Positions 1 to 9,214 of a stretch of DNA of 46,559 nucleotides are shown here, piece after piece. The notes beneath the pieces are model-generated. The model was not told where the DNA came from. It saw only the letters and a list, made by a program, of their open reading frames with translations, and ran no database searches. Numbering within the stretch: position 1 is the stretch's first letter; each line of letters opens with the position of its first letter. Origin of the DNA: a virus (lineage: Duplodnaviria; Caudoviricetes); IMG/VR virus record IMGVR_UViG_3300020042_005148, positions 1-46,559 of that record. One strand, written 5' to 3'. The position numbers were made by a program, and so were the translations under genes.

Positions 1-121
1 CGCTAAAGACCCAACCTCACTGCACACTGTAAGGAACCAAGTAACATGATCAGCAATTTCGATCCAAGCGCCTTTCTCGACGCAACCACAACCGAAGTCA
101 ACTCCAAGCGCAACCCGATTC
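1..121. repeat. Terminal direct repeat (circular assembly overlap), copy 1
   Basis: 1-121 identical to 46439-46559; cuts through the start of the 46..510 gene, as expected for an assembler overlap of a circular or permuted genome. Confidence 0.95.
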
Positions 122-510
122 CCGCCGGCACTGATGTCGTCGCTATCATCGGTGAGCCGAAGGCCCGCACCTGGACGGGCAAGGCCGATCCGTCGAAGAG
201 CGGCATCGTGGTGGACGTTCCCTTGGAAATCGACCTGTCGGCGTACCCCGAGCTGGCCGCCCATGTGGGCCTGTCGAAGGTGACGTTGACCGACGGCCTC
301 ATGCTGGACACGACAGAGTCTGGCGGCATCGACAATTCCCCCGGCAAGAACGGTAAGCTTCGCCGCTACCGTGAAGCCCTGGGCTTGAACGAGGCCGGCC
401 AGCCGTTCTCCTTCCGCATGATGCAGGGTCGGATGATCAAGGTGAAGGTGAAACACCGCACGTATGAAGGCGAGATCTACGACGAAGTGGATTCTGTAGC
501 CAAGGCCTAA
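46..510 (+). CDS. Putative single-stranded DNA-binding protein (DUF669-like OB fold)
   Basis: AAGGA RBS upstream; beta-rich 154 aa ending in IKVKVKHRTYEGEIYDEV; lies downstream of the nuclease and AAA ATPase across the junction, the usual recombination-module position. Confidence 0.55.
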   Translation: MISNFDPSAFLDATTTEVNSKRNPIPAGTDVVAIIGEPKARTWTGKADPSKSGIVVDVPLEIDLSAYPELAAHVGLSKVTLTDGLMLDTTESGGIDNSPGKNGKLRRYREALGLNEAGQPFSFRMMQGRMIKVKVKHRTYEGEIYDEVDSVAKA

Positions 511-529
511 GGGGTAGTTTCCCCCCGTT

Positions 530-562
530 GGGGGAGGGGTTGTGAGCCTCTTCCCCTTTTTT
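530..562 (+). terminator. Rho-independent terminator
   Basis: Stem GGGGGAGGGGT / GCCTCTTCCCC, loop TGTGA, followed by T6. Confidence 0.8.
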
Positions 563-576
563 CACTTGGAGCAATC

Positions 577-1887
577 ATGTACGTAGTCAACATCCAACGC
601 CTCTACATTGAAGAAAGCCGCCAACGAAAGGAGTTCAAAGCGGAGAAGCTCATCGAGCTAGCCAACTCAATCAGTTCTATCGGCTTGATCCATCCCATCG
701 TGGTTAGACAAGAAGGCGACCGCATCGTCCTGGTCGCGGGGGAGCGCCGCATCAAGGCGCTTCAGTACGTGTGGAACTTCGGCGGCAAAGTCAAGTGCGG
801 GGAAGACACCTACAACGAGGGGGAAGTCCCCTGCCTATTCCAGGGTGACCTCGATCCCCTCGATGCGTTCGAGATGGAGCTTGAAGAGAACATCAAGCGG
901 GAAGATCTGACCTGGCAAGAGAAGTCCAAGGCCACCAGCCAACTCTACGAACTCCGCCGCTTGCAGGCCGAGAAGCGCGGCGACCCCTTACCCACCATTG
1001 CAGACATCGCCGCCGAGGTTCGACCCGACGCCGAGTCAGCCAACACCGCTTACAACATGACCCGCGAGGAGATCCTTGTCTCCAAGCACCTGGATGATCC
1101 TGATGTCCAAAAAGCAAAGACGGCCAATGAGGCTTTCAAGATCCTCAAGCGTAAGGAAGAAGTTAGGAAGTCCGCCGAGCTTGGGGAGAGCGTCGGCAAG
1201 ACCTTCACTTCCGCCGTCCACCAACTCCTCAGAGGCAACTGCCTTAGCGTCATGGGTGGACTCCTTGATGGGTCAGTTGACGTATTCCTTACTGATCCTC
1301 CATATGGTATCGACGCAGATAAGTTCGGAGACTCCGGCGGCAAAACCCCCGGCGCACACTTCTACGAAGACGACTTCGAAACGTGGTCGTACCTCATGAA
1401 GGGATTTTCCAACCAGTCATTCCGCCTAGCGAAGGACCAAGCCCATGCATACGTCTTCTGTGACATTGATAATTTCGTCTTTCTCAAGTCCTATATGTCC
1501 GCATCAGGTTGGAAATGTTTTCGGACTCCCATTATATGGGTCAATCCAACTGCCATGCGCGCCCCGTGGCCAGAGATGGGTCCTCAGCGAAAATACCAGC
1601 TGTGCCTCTACGCAGTTAAAGGAGGCCGCCAAGTCACCCGGATATATCCTGATATCATTACGGCTCCGTCCGACGAGAATCTCAACCACCCAGCTCAAAA
1701 ACCAGTGGCTGTTTATGAAGACCTTCTCCGAAGATCTATACGTCCTGGCGATACTGTGTGTGATCCTTTTTGCGGCAGTGGGACTATATTCCCTGCTGCA
1801 CACGCACTGAAATGCCGCGCCATTGGCATCGAGCAGGATGCCGCCGCCTATGGTATATCCGTCGCTCGACTTGACTCTTTGAAGTAA
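577..1887 (+). CDS. ParB/Srx-like N-terminal domain fused to beta-class N6A/N4C DNA methyltransferase
   Basis: GLIHPIVV..LVAGERR..ENIKREDL ParB motifs; TDPPY catalytic motif precedes HPAQKP and DPFCGSG SAM-binding motif. Confidence 0.88.
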   Translation: MYVVNIQRLYIEESRQRKEFKAEKLIELANSISSIGLIHPIVVRQEGDRIVLVAGERRIKALQYVWNFGGKVKCGEDTYNEGEVPCLFQGDLDPLDAFEMELEENIKREDLTWQEKSKATSQLYELRRLQAEKRGDPLPTIADIAAEVRPDAESANTAYNMTREEILVSKHLDDPDVQKAKTANEAFKILKRKEEVRKSAELGESVGKTFTSAVHQLLRGNCLSVMGGLLDGSVDVFLTDPPYGIDADKFGDSGGKTPGAHFYEDDFETWSYLMKGFSNQSFRLAKDQAHAYVFCDIDNFVFLKSYMSASGWKCFRTPIIWVNPTAMRAPWPEMGPQRKYQLCLYAVKGGRQVTRIYPDIITAPSDENLNHPAQKPVAVYEDLLRRSIRPGDTVCDPFCGSGTIFPAAHALKCRAIGIEQDAAAYGISVARLDSLK

Positions 1888-1898
1888 GGGGAACTGCA

Positions 1899-4325
1899 AT
1901 GCCAGTGCAAGTGAGACCCAGCGGGTCCATACCAGCACGTGTGATGATAGTAGGGGAAGCCCCTGGTGCTGAGGAAGAAATCCACAATGAACCCTTCGTC
2001 GGCTACTCTGGGAAAGAATTAACCAAGATGCTTCACGAGGCGGGGATCAACCGTTCCCAGTGCTTCGTGACCAACGTATGCCGCGAGCGTCCTTACAAGA
2101 ATGACATAGCCACAGTCATCGCCTTCAAAAAGAAAGACCGCACCGCCGAGCACTCTCCCCTGAGGGACAAGTGGGTCAAGCGGCCTATCCATGAAGGGTT
2201 CGCCCTGTTGCGCCAAGAGATCGCCCTCGTCAAGCCCAACATCATCATTGCCTTCGGGAATGTTTCCCTGTGGGCACTCACGGGTTTGTGGGGGGTGACG
2301 AAGTGGCGCGGGTCGATGCTCTACACTGATGACTTTACGGGCCACTCCATCAAGGTAATTCCGGCAATCCACCCGGCGGCGGTCCTCCGCGACTGGAGTC
2401 TCCGCGCTATCACCGTCCAGGACCTCCGGCGTGCCGCCCGCTTCCAGCACGGCGCACCGTACCCCAAACCTGAGTGGCATTTCACTGTCCGCCCCTCATA
2501 CAGCCACGCTCTGGCCATCCTCAAGGAACTCCACCTATCCCTAGAACACCAACCCATCGAACTATCCTTCGACATTGAAACCAGGGCTGGCCACATTGCG
2601 TGCGCCGGCATCTCCTGGACTCCTGTCGACGGTCTCTGTATCCCCCTCATGTGCGTGGAGAATCCCGATGGCTACTGGTCACTCGAAGAAGAAACGTCCC
2701 TCATTTGGTGGTTATATAAGGTCCTCACGCATCCGAACGCTCAGGTCGTTGGTCAAAATCTTCTCTACGACAGCCAGTACACCTACCGCCATTGGCACTT
2801 CATCCCGAGAGTCACCCAAGACTCGATGATTTCCTTTCACACCGCATACGCCGGCTTGCCAAAGCGACTCGACTACCAAGCCTCGATGCTCTGTGACTAC
2901 TACCGCTACTGGAAGGACGACGGCAAACACTGGGACCCCAAGATGGGGGAAGACCAGCTGTGGATATACAACCTGGAAGACTGTGTCCGCACCGCCGAGG
3001 TCGCCCAGAAGGAACTCGGGATCATCAAGTCCTATTCCCTGGAAGCCCCGCACGAATTCCAGCAGTCCATGTTCTGGCCGGTCCTCCAGACCATGATTCG
3101 TGGAGTGCGGGTCGACAAGAAAGCCCGGTCGGATATGGCAATGGAGTTGCTTGACGAACTCAATAAGCGAGAAGTCTACTTCCACACCGTCCTCGGCCAC
3201 CCACTTAACCCCCGCTCTCCCAAGCAAATGCAGGAGCTGTTCTATGCCGACCTCAAACTCCCCGTCCAAATCAAGCGAGGCACCGGCAAGCCCACTCTCG
3301 ATGATAACGCGCTTGACAAACTGGCTACGAAGGAACCCCTCGTCCGCCCCCTCATCAAAGCCATCCGAGAGTACCGCTCCCTCGGAGTATTCCTATCTAC
3401 TTTCGTCCAAGCACCTCTCGATCACGACGCCCGAATGCGATGCTCGTACAACATATGCGGCACGGAAACTTACCGTCTCTCTTCCAGCGAGAATGCTTTT
3501 GGAAGTGGTACTAACCTACAGAACATACCAAAGGGATCCAAGGCTAAAGAGCCAGAAGAACTTTCTCTTCCTAACATACGTAAGATCTTCATACCAGACG
3601 TGGGATATACCTTCTTCGACATGGACCTTGACCGCGCAGATCTCCAGGTCGTTGTGTGGGAAGCCGACGATGCGGACCTGAAGGCTGCGCTGAGGATGGG
3701 CGTAGATATGCACTGCATGAATGCAATGGATATCTACAGCCTCAAGGGTATCCCCGTTGACGAACTCATCGAGACCCACCCTAACTACCCCGAACGTCGG
3801 GGTCAGATTGGGGAGACCAAGCGGCAAGCCGCCAAGACCGGCGTCCACGCTGTCGATTACTTCTGCCAAGCTCGCACCCTCGCAATCGCCCTTGGCTGTA
3901 CCGTCAAGGAAGCCCAGGCATTCATCGACCGCTGGTATGCCGCCCACCCAGGCATCCTCTCTTGGCACAAGCGCACCGAAGCCCAGCTCCATAAGTTCCG
4001 TTTCGTGGAGAACAAGTATGGATACCGACGCTACTACTTTGACCGTGTTGAAGACTTGCTGCCAGAGGCATTGGCGTGGCAACCACAATCAACTGTTGCA
4101 ATCACCATCAACAAGATATGGCACAATATATATCACAACCTGCCCGAAGTGCAAATCCTCCTTCAAGTCCATGATAGTCTTGCCGGGCAGTTCCCCACCG
4201 CCAACACCGCCAAGTGCAAGGAAGCCCTGACGGAAGCCTCCAAGGTAATCATCCCTTACGAAGATCCCCTCCACATCCCCACCGGTATCAAGACTTCCGT
4301 CGTATCGTGGGGAGATTGCAAATGA
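1899..4325 (+). CDS. Family A DNA polymerase with N-terminal uracil-DNA-glycosylase (family 4-like) domain and 3'-5' exonuclease
   Basis: UDG: GEAPG, PFVG, TNV, HPAAVLR; exonuclease: FDIET, QNLLYD, YNLED; polymerase: TYRLSS..NLQNIP, motif A DLDRADLQ, motif B RQAAK..Y, motif C QVHDS. Confidence 0.92.
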   Translation: MPVQVRPSGSIPARVMIVGEAPGAEEEIHNEPFVGYSGKELTKMLHEAGINRSQCFVTNVCRERPYKNDIATVIAFKKKDRTAEHSPLRDKWVKRPIHEGFALLRQEIALVKPNIIIAFGNVSLWALTGLWGVTKWRGSMLYTDDFTGHSIKVIPAIHPAAVLRDWSLRAITVQDLRRAARFQHGAPYPKPEWHFTVRPSYSHALAILKELHLSLEHQPIELSFDIETRAGHIACAGISWTPVDGLCIPLMCVENPDGYWSLEEETSLIWWLYKVLTHPNAQVVGQNLLYDSQYTYRHWHFIPRVTQDSMISFHTAYAGLPKRLDYQASMLCDYYRYWKDDGKHWDPKMGEDQLWIYNLEDCVRTAEVAQKELGIIKSYSLEAPHEFQQSMFWPVLQTMIRGVRVDKKARSDMAMELLDELNKREVYFHTVLGHPLNPRSPKQMQELFYADLKLPVQIKRGTGKPTLDDNALDKLATKEPLVRPLIKAIREYRSLGVFLSTFVQAPLDHDARMRCSYNICGTETYRLSSSENAFGSGTNLQNIPKGSKAKEPEELSLPNIRKIFIPDVGYTFFDMDLDRADLQVVVWEADDADLKAALRMGVDMHCMNAMDIYSLKGIPVDELIETHPNYPERRGQIGETKRQAAKTGVHAVDYFCQARTLAIALGCTVKEAQAFIDRWYAAHPGILSWHKRTEAQLHKFRFVENKYGYRRYYFDRVEDLLPEALAWQPQSTVAITINKIWHNIYHNLPEVQILLQVHDSLAGQFPTANTAKCKEALTEASKVIIPYEDPLHIPTGIKTSVVSWGDCK

Positions 4326-5509
4326 GTCGCCACCATGAAGACTGGATCCAAGCGTACATCAAGTACGCATCGTTCTCCGAAGCTCCCGCCCGGATGCATT
4401 TCTGGACCGCTGTGTCTACTGTCGCTGGTGCTCTGCGCCGACGGGTTTGGCTTGATATGGCGTATTTTAAGTGGTGCGCAAACTTTTACATCGTCATTGT
4501 GGCACCTCCTGGGATTGTTAGCAAATCTACTACTGTTGCAATTGGCATGGATCTGCTTCGTAAAGTCCCCGGCGTCAACTTCGGCCCGCAAGTCGTCACC
4601 TGGCCAGCCCTCGTCTCGGCCTTTGCCCAAGCCAACGAAGCCTTCGAACTCGACGGGGAGTGGCACACGCAGTGCGCGTTGACCCTGGAGTCTTCCGAGT
4701 TCGGGAACCTCGTCAACCCACAGGACCGAGAGATGATCGACCTGCTCGTCACCCTGTGGGATTCCAAGCAAGGTGGATTCAAGAAGATGACCAAGGGATC
4801 GGGGACAGACCTCGTGGAGAACCCTTGGATCAACCTCATCGCTTGCACTACCCCCGCCTGGATCGCAGGTAATTTCCCCGAGTACGTGATCGGCGGTGGG
4901 TTCACTTCCCGCTGCCTATTTGTCTACACCGAAGACAAGGAGAAGTACGTTGCATACCCCAACCTCCACGTTCCAAAGAACCTGGCAAGCCAACAAGAGA
5001 AGCTCATCCAGGACCTCGAGCATATCTCCGTTAACCTCGCTGGGAACTATGCGTTATCACCCGAAGCAATCGAGTGGGGTACGGAGTGGTATGAGTTCCA
5101 CTACAAGAACCGTCCCGAGGCGTTGGACGACGACAGGTTCGGCGGCTACATCGCGCGTAAGCAAACTCACATCCACAAGCTCGCAATCGTACTGGCGGCA
5201 TCACAGAGAGACGAACTTGTTATTACAGCCGAGGACCTTGCGATGTCAAATACTATGGTATCGGACCTTGAGAAGGACATGCCCAAAGTATTTGCCAAGA
5301 TTGGGCGGACGGAGGATTCGATCCAGGCGGAACGCTTCATCAAGTATGTCCAGGACCATGGCGAGGTCACGTACCAAGCAGCCTACGCTTTCATCCACAC
5401 GTACTTCCCGAACTCGAAAGATTTCGAAGGTATACTTACGGGTGCTGTGCGGGCTGGGTACCTCACCCTCGATATGGTGACAGGTAAGTTGAAGGCACTG
5501 AAAAAGTAA
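4322..5509 (+). CDS. DUF3987-type P-loop ATPase, probable replicative helicase
   Basis: ATGA overlap with pol stop (start 4322 rather than 4214); Walker A-like APPGIVSKST, SSEFG, TTP, GFTSR; winged-helix-like tail. Confidence 0.7.
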   Translation: MSRHHEDWIQAYIKYASFSEAPARMHFWTAVSTVAGALRRRVWLDMAYFKWCANFYIVIVAPPGIVSKSTTVAIGMDLLRKVPGVNFGPQVVTWPALVSAFAQANEAFELDGEWHTQCALTLESSEFGNLVNPQDREMIDLLVTLWDSKQGGFKKMTKGSGTDLVENPWINLIACTTPAWIAGNFPEYVIGGGFTSRCLFVYTEDKEKYVAYPNLHVPKNLASQQEKLIQDLEHISVNLAGNYALSPEAIEWGTEWYEFHYKNRPEALDDDRFGGYIARKQTHIHKLAIVLAASQRDELVITAEDLAMSNTMVSDLEKDMPKVFAKIGRTEDSIQAERFIKYVQDHGEVTYQAAYAFIHTYFPNSKDFEGILTGAVRAGYLTLDMVTGKLKALKK

Positions 5510-5540
5510 TACGTCCAAATATTAACGGGGATATCCGGCC

Positions 5541-6587
5541 ATGAAAATCGCAGTCTACGCCATCGCTAAGAACGAAGAGCAGTTTGTTGATCGCTTTATG
5601 GAGTCGTGTGAGGACGCAGATTTCGTCCTAATAGGCGACACTGGTTCTACTGACAACACCGCCACAAGAGCCTTCGAAGCAGGTGCTTTCGTCCGCAACA
5701 TCAACATCAACCCATTCCGCTTCGATGACGCTCGCAACGCCACCCTTGCTCTACTCCCAAGCGACATAGACTTTTGCATCTCCCTTGACCTTGATGAGGT
5801 TCTCCAGCCCGGTTGGCGAGCGGAAGTCGAAAGGCTTTGCACCACCGGCGTCAACCGTCTTCGGTATAAGTTTGATTGGGGTGACGGAGTAGTGTTTACC
5901 GCTGAGAAGTGCCATGCCAGACGGGGCTATCGTTGGCGGCATCCTTGCCACGAAACCGTTGTCCCCTACGGCATCCAAGAGCAAGCCGTCGTTACAGACA
6001 AGCTCCTTATCGTCCACAAGCCCGACCCCACGAAACCCCGCAGCCAGTACCTGAGCCTTCTCAAGATGGGGGTGGAAGAAGACCCTAACGACCCTTCCCA
6101 CGCATTCTACTACTCTCGGGAGTTATACTTCCACGGAGAGTGGAGAGCCGCCATCCAGGAATGCCTCCGTTACCTAGCCCTTCCCAACGCAGTCAGTCCC
6201 AATGAACGCTGCTACGCTCTTCGCGTGTGTGTCTGGTGTTATACCGCCCTACGCGAGCTGATGACCGCCCGTATGTGGGCAGAAGGAATCACCAAGCAGT
6301 ATCCCACCCAACGCGAAGCGTGGTATTCCCTCGCCACAGTTAACTACCATCAGAAAGATTGGAAGAACTGTCTAATCGCCTGCACCAACGGGCTTGCTAT
6401 CACCCAGCGATCCAACCTGTACACCGATGACCCGATCGCCTGGTCTCATGGACTATACGACTTGATGTCCATTTCCTACTTCAACCTCGGCCACAAAGAA
6501 CTCGCCCAAAAGTATGCCGCCGAAGCCGTAAGCCATTCCCCTGATGACCCACGACTCCGGCGGAACCTCGAGCTGATGTCAGCCTAA
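5541..6587 (+). CDS. GT2-family glycosyltransferase with C-terminal TPR-like helices
   Basis: IAKNEE, DTGSTD, FDDARN, SLDLDE (DxD), HPCHE motifs; helical TPR-like C-terminal half (FYYSRELY, EAWYSLA). Confidence 0.88.
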   Translation: MKIAVYAIAKNEEQFVDRFMESCEDADFVLIGDTGSTDNTATRAFEAGAFVRNININPFRFDDARNATLALLPSDIDFCISLDLDEVLQPGWRAEVERLCTTGVNRLRYKFDWGDGVVFTAEKCHARRGYRWRHPCHETVVPYGIQEQAVVTDKLLIVHKPDPTKPRSQYLSLLKMGVEEDPNDPSHAFYYSRELYFHGEWRAAIQECLRYLALPNAVSPNERCYALRVCVWCYTALRELMTARMWAEGITKQYPTQREAWYSLATVNYHQKDWKNCLIACTNGLAITQRSNLYTDDPIAWSHGLYDLMSISYFNLGHKELAQKYAAEAVSHSPDDPRLRRNLELMSA

Positions 6588-6782
6588 CCTGGCCTTCGCA
6601 ATAGCATCGACCAAGGCCTGCCTTGCTTGGTCGTCTGCTTCCACCACCGAGTCCCACTCTTCCACCGTCAGCTGCGTCCTCCCCTCAGCCTGGGCTTTCG
6701 CAATCATAGCCGAGATGACTTGAGACTTCATCAGCAGCTGCAGCACCACCTCAAGCGCCAGAGCAATTGTAGTTGCACTCAT
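6579..6782 (-). CDS. Small membrane-associated protein, last gene of lysis cassette
   Basis: Hydrophobic N-terminus; ATGA overlap with upstream lipoprotein gene. Confidence 0.6.
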   Translation of the reverse strand: MSATTIALALEVVLQLLMKSQVISAMIAKAQAEGRTQLTVEEWDSVVEADDQARQALVDAIAKARLG

Positions 6783-7132
6783 TTCTTAATCCTCATGTTG
6801 AGGTACTTCTGCAGCTCTGTCAAGATGTTAGTCGCTAGAGCCAACTGTCCCTCCGCATTCGTAGTATCTCCCGTGGTTGCCGTCAGCTTCGCAAGGTCCA
6901 GCACCGCCCGAGACTGATCCGCCATCGCCAGAACCACCTCCCCGTCACCTGGGGAGAGTGTCCCTGCCGTCACCGAAGATGCCGCCGCCAACAGGACCGC
7001 CGTGTGTGTCCCGTAGGCATACGCTAGCTGTTCCTCAAAGGTCTTGGGTTGGGTGAAGGCGGCACACCCCGCCACCAGCAACACCAAGGCCATCAAGGCA
7101 TAGCTATTCCTGCTGCTGTGCAACATCTGCAT
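6779..7132 (-). CDS. Lipoprotein, possible spanin-like lysis protein
   Basis: Lipobox LVAG-C after a hydrophobic stretch; helical mature part; within lysis cluster; GGAGG RBS before ATG 7132. Confidence 0.55.
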   Translation of the reverse strand: MQMLHSSRNSYALMALVLLVAGCAAFTQPKTFEEQLAYAYGTHTAVLLAAASSVTAGTLSPGDGEVVLAMADQSRAVLDLAKLTATTGDTTNAEGQLALATNILTELQKYLNMRIKK

Positions 7133-7313
7133 GCTGACCTCCCAGGAAGAAGTACCCAATAACCGACGAGATGATCGCCCCTATTGCTGCTTGCACTTCC
7201 CCAGGGACTGCGATCCCCGCGAACTGCTGCAACAACCAGGCCACCACCGTAGCTACTGGAACTCCCAAAGCTACACTTGCAATGGTTGAATTTGAAGGGG
7301 TTAGTTTAGTCAT
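7104..7313 (-). CDS. Putative holin (two transmembrane segments)
   Basis: 69 aa with two hydrophobic helices, near the endolysin. Confidence 0.6.
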   Translation of the reverse strand: MTKLTPSNSTIASVALGVPVATVVAWLLQQFAGIAVPGEVQAAIGAIISSVIGYFFLGGQHADVAQQQE

Positions 7314-7708
7314 GGAATAGTCACCGTGATAGTAACATTCTGCGGAGCACCAGGACGCGAGGCCGGATACGGGACTGTTCCCATAGCCTCATCTGTAGGA
7401 TCAGAACACCCCCCGGCATTACACGCCTTCATGCGGACATACACGTTGGATCCGTAAGGCGCAGTATAGACGTATGTCGTCTGCAGTGGATCTGTCGCCG
7501 GGATCTCCACTGAAGGGGTCGCTGGAAGGGTCGGCTGTGAGGACGAACTGAACCAGAGCTGGAACTTCGTCAGCACGTTAACCCCCGTCAGAGGAGTATT
7601 CGCGACAGTCTCCGTAGGGTTAACCCACCTGACTGTTACAGTTCCCGTATCCTGGGCATGGACCACGCCCGCCACCAGCAACAACACCAAGCCAAATAAC
7701 TTTTTCAC
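7310..7708 (-). CDS. Secreted fibronectin-III-like protein
   Basis: GGAGG RBS then GTG-KKLFGLVLLLVAGVVHA signal peptide; VTVRW..P, YVRMKACNAGGCS, PGAPQNVTIT pattern. Confidence 0.6.
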   Translation of the reverse strand: MKKLFGLVLLLVAGVVHAQDTGTVTVRWVNPTETVANTPLTGVNVLTKFQLWFSSSSQPTLPATPSVEIPATDPLQTTYVYTAPYGSNVYVRMKACNAGGCSDPTDEAMGTVPYPASRPGAPQNVTITVTIP

Positions 7709-8130
7709 TTCGCACCTCCAAGTTGAATAGAATAGTGTGGGGTATCCCCCCACCGCACTCCCGCTCGATGCTCCGACCCCAGGCTTTCCCAGAAGTCCGC
7801 AAGCAGTTCATACGGATATTTCTCCTGCAACCATTTCGTCCCCGCCGAATCGAACAGCTGCACATCCACCGCCAGTGCCATACAGTGCACACTGTTCCTG
7901 ATCCCATTACCCCGATTGTTCCTAATCTTCCTTGCCAGCATCGGGAAAGCATGCTCGATGATTTTGCAAAGAATCTCCCTTCCATCAAACCCCATCGCGT
8001 TAATCTCCGCCTGCTCGTCCGACCGCAGTACCTCCCCGAGTTTAATCTTATATCCCAACAACCCTGCGTGCTCGATCAGCTTCGCCAGGCTTTCCGTAAA
8101 CAAGAACTGTTTGTCCAGTAGCTCGCTCAT
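7705..8130 (-). CDS. Endolysin, peptidase M15 family
   Basis: GEVLRS, SVHCMALAVD, DTPHYS zinc-ligand pattern. Confidence 0.82.
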   Translation of the reverse strand: MSELLDKQFLFTESLAKLIEHAGLLGYKIKLGEVLRSDEQAEINAMGFDGREILCKIIEHAFPMLARKIRNNRGNGIRNSVHCMALAVDVQLFDSAGTKWLQEKYPYELLADFWESLGSEHRAGVRWGDTPHYSIQLGGAK

Positions 8131-8459
8131 CTGTTTTTCTCCATGTGTGCCTCAAGCTTAGCGCTGATGTCACGGAGTTCCCCCAGGATTTCTCTTCTCT
8201 GCTCTTTCAGCTCTTCTCCGAGTCTCCGGTCTTCTTCTTCTCCTCGCAAAACTCTTACTTCCAGCACGCTCAAACGCTGGGCTGCACCAGGGGTTATGTC
8301 TCTTCCATCTAGACGCCCCACTGCCGCTTGAAGCGCCTGCACATCTTTCCGTAGTGACGCATACCCCCCAGCCATGGTAAGCATTAACACAGCCAGGGTA
8401 ATTAAATCACCCCAACTGAACTGTTTCAGCATCCAGTGCTGGTGTTCGTTGTCTTCCAA
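8127..8459 (-). CDS. Single-TM coiled-coil protein (holin/antiholin-like)
   Basis: N-terminal TM helix then heptad-rich tail; directly upstream of endolysin; start uncertain. Confidence 0.5.
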   Translation of the reverse strand: MEDNEHQHWMLKQFSWGDLITLAVLMLTMAGGYASLRKDVQALQAAVGRLDGRDITPGAAQRLSVLEVRVLRGEEEDRRLGEELKEQRREILGELRDISAKLEAHMEKNR

Positions 8460-8473
8460 GATGGTTCTCCTTG

Positions 8474-9214
8474 TTAAGCGGCAGCCGCCGTTCCATTAGC
8501 CATCGACCCCGTGCCGCCCGTACCGGCGTCGGAGAACACCTCGAAATTATCTACATAAAGGTAATTCGTGGCGTCGTGGGCATCGGAGAAATTCGAGCAA
8601 AGGTAAAACGGTTCGAACTTCGTCCCTAAGAAGTTCCGCCCCGTCCAGTTTTGGAGCAATACGTCGTCTATCCATACTTTGAATAGCCCAGTCGAATAGT
8701 TCACATACATTTCGTAGGTGTGCCACACGGCGGAACTGTCTGAACTGACATCTGCATACTGCGCTCCGCCAAGCTGCACATCCCCGATAGTACCCTCATG
8801 CGAGAGTTGCTCGGCGCGAACGGCCGCGAAGGAGTCGTGGTATGGATTGCTTTGGTTATAGGTTCGGAAAAGTTTAGCGGCCGAACCGGCAGAGCGCTGG
8901 AATGTAGTGTCAACCCTGAACCGCACCCTAAGCAGATACTCATTCGTGTGGGGGATCGAATTAATCAGCAGCGTGTCGAACGCTGCCGGGTCGTTCCATG
9001 CCACAGTCCCGTCCCAATTCCCTCGCCACATATACGTTCCGCTGTCAGGGCCGAGTACGCCATCCACAGAGGTCGTGACGACTTGCCCCATGTTGCGGTA
9101 GTCGTTCTGCAACCAGAACGCAGCGCGGGAGCCGGTCTCGAAGTTATCGAACAGAACGCGCCCGAAGCTAAGGGAATTCTTCGTAGCAGCAGCCGCTGCA
9201 CTAATACCACTCAT
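8474..9214 (-). CDS. Lectin/ConA-like beta-sandwich protein, probable fibre-tip adhesin
   Basis: FDNFETG start, [24 protein letters not shown] pattern; ATGA overlap with collagen fibre gene. Confidence 0.55.
   Translation of the reverse strand: MSGISAAAAATKNSLSFGRVLFDNFETGSRAAFWLQNDYRNMGQVVTTSVDGVLGPDSGTYMWRGNWDGTVAWNDPAAFDTLLINSIPHTNEYLLRVRFRVDTTFQRSAGSAAKLFRTYNQSNPYHDSFAAVRAEQLSHEGTIGDVQLGGAQYADVSSDSSAVWHTYEMYVNYSTGLFKVWIDDVLLQNWTGRNFLGTKFEPFYLCSNFSDAHDATNYLYVDNFEVFSDAGTGGTGSMANGTAAAA

Noticed and set aside
1-121. Terminal repeat as a biological direct terminal repeat
   Set aside because: It falls across a gene start within an operon and its length resembles an assembler k-mer overlap
577-1200. 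Plasmid-prophage partition system
   Set aside because: The ParB-like domain is fused to a methyltransferase; no ParA, Rep or repressor seen
1899-6587. Hypermodified-base pathway (dZ, dU, 7-deazaguanine, glucosyl-hmC)
   Set aside because: No PurZ, thymidylate-synthase-like hydroxymethylase, Que/DpdA, dUTPase or nucleotide kinase genes recognised
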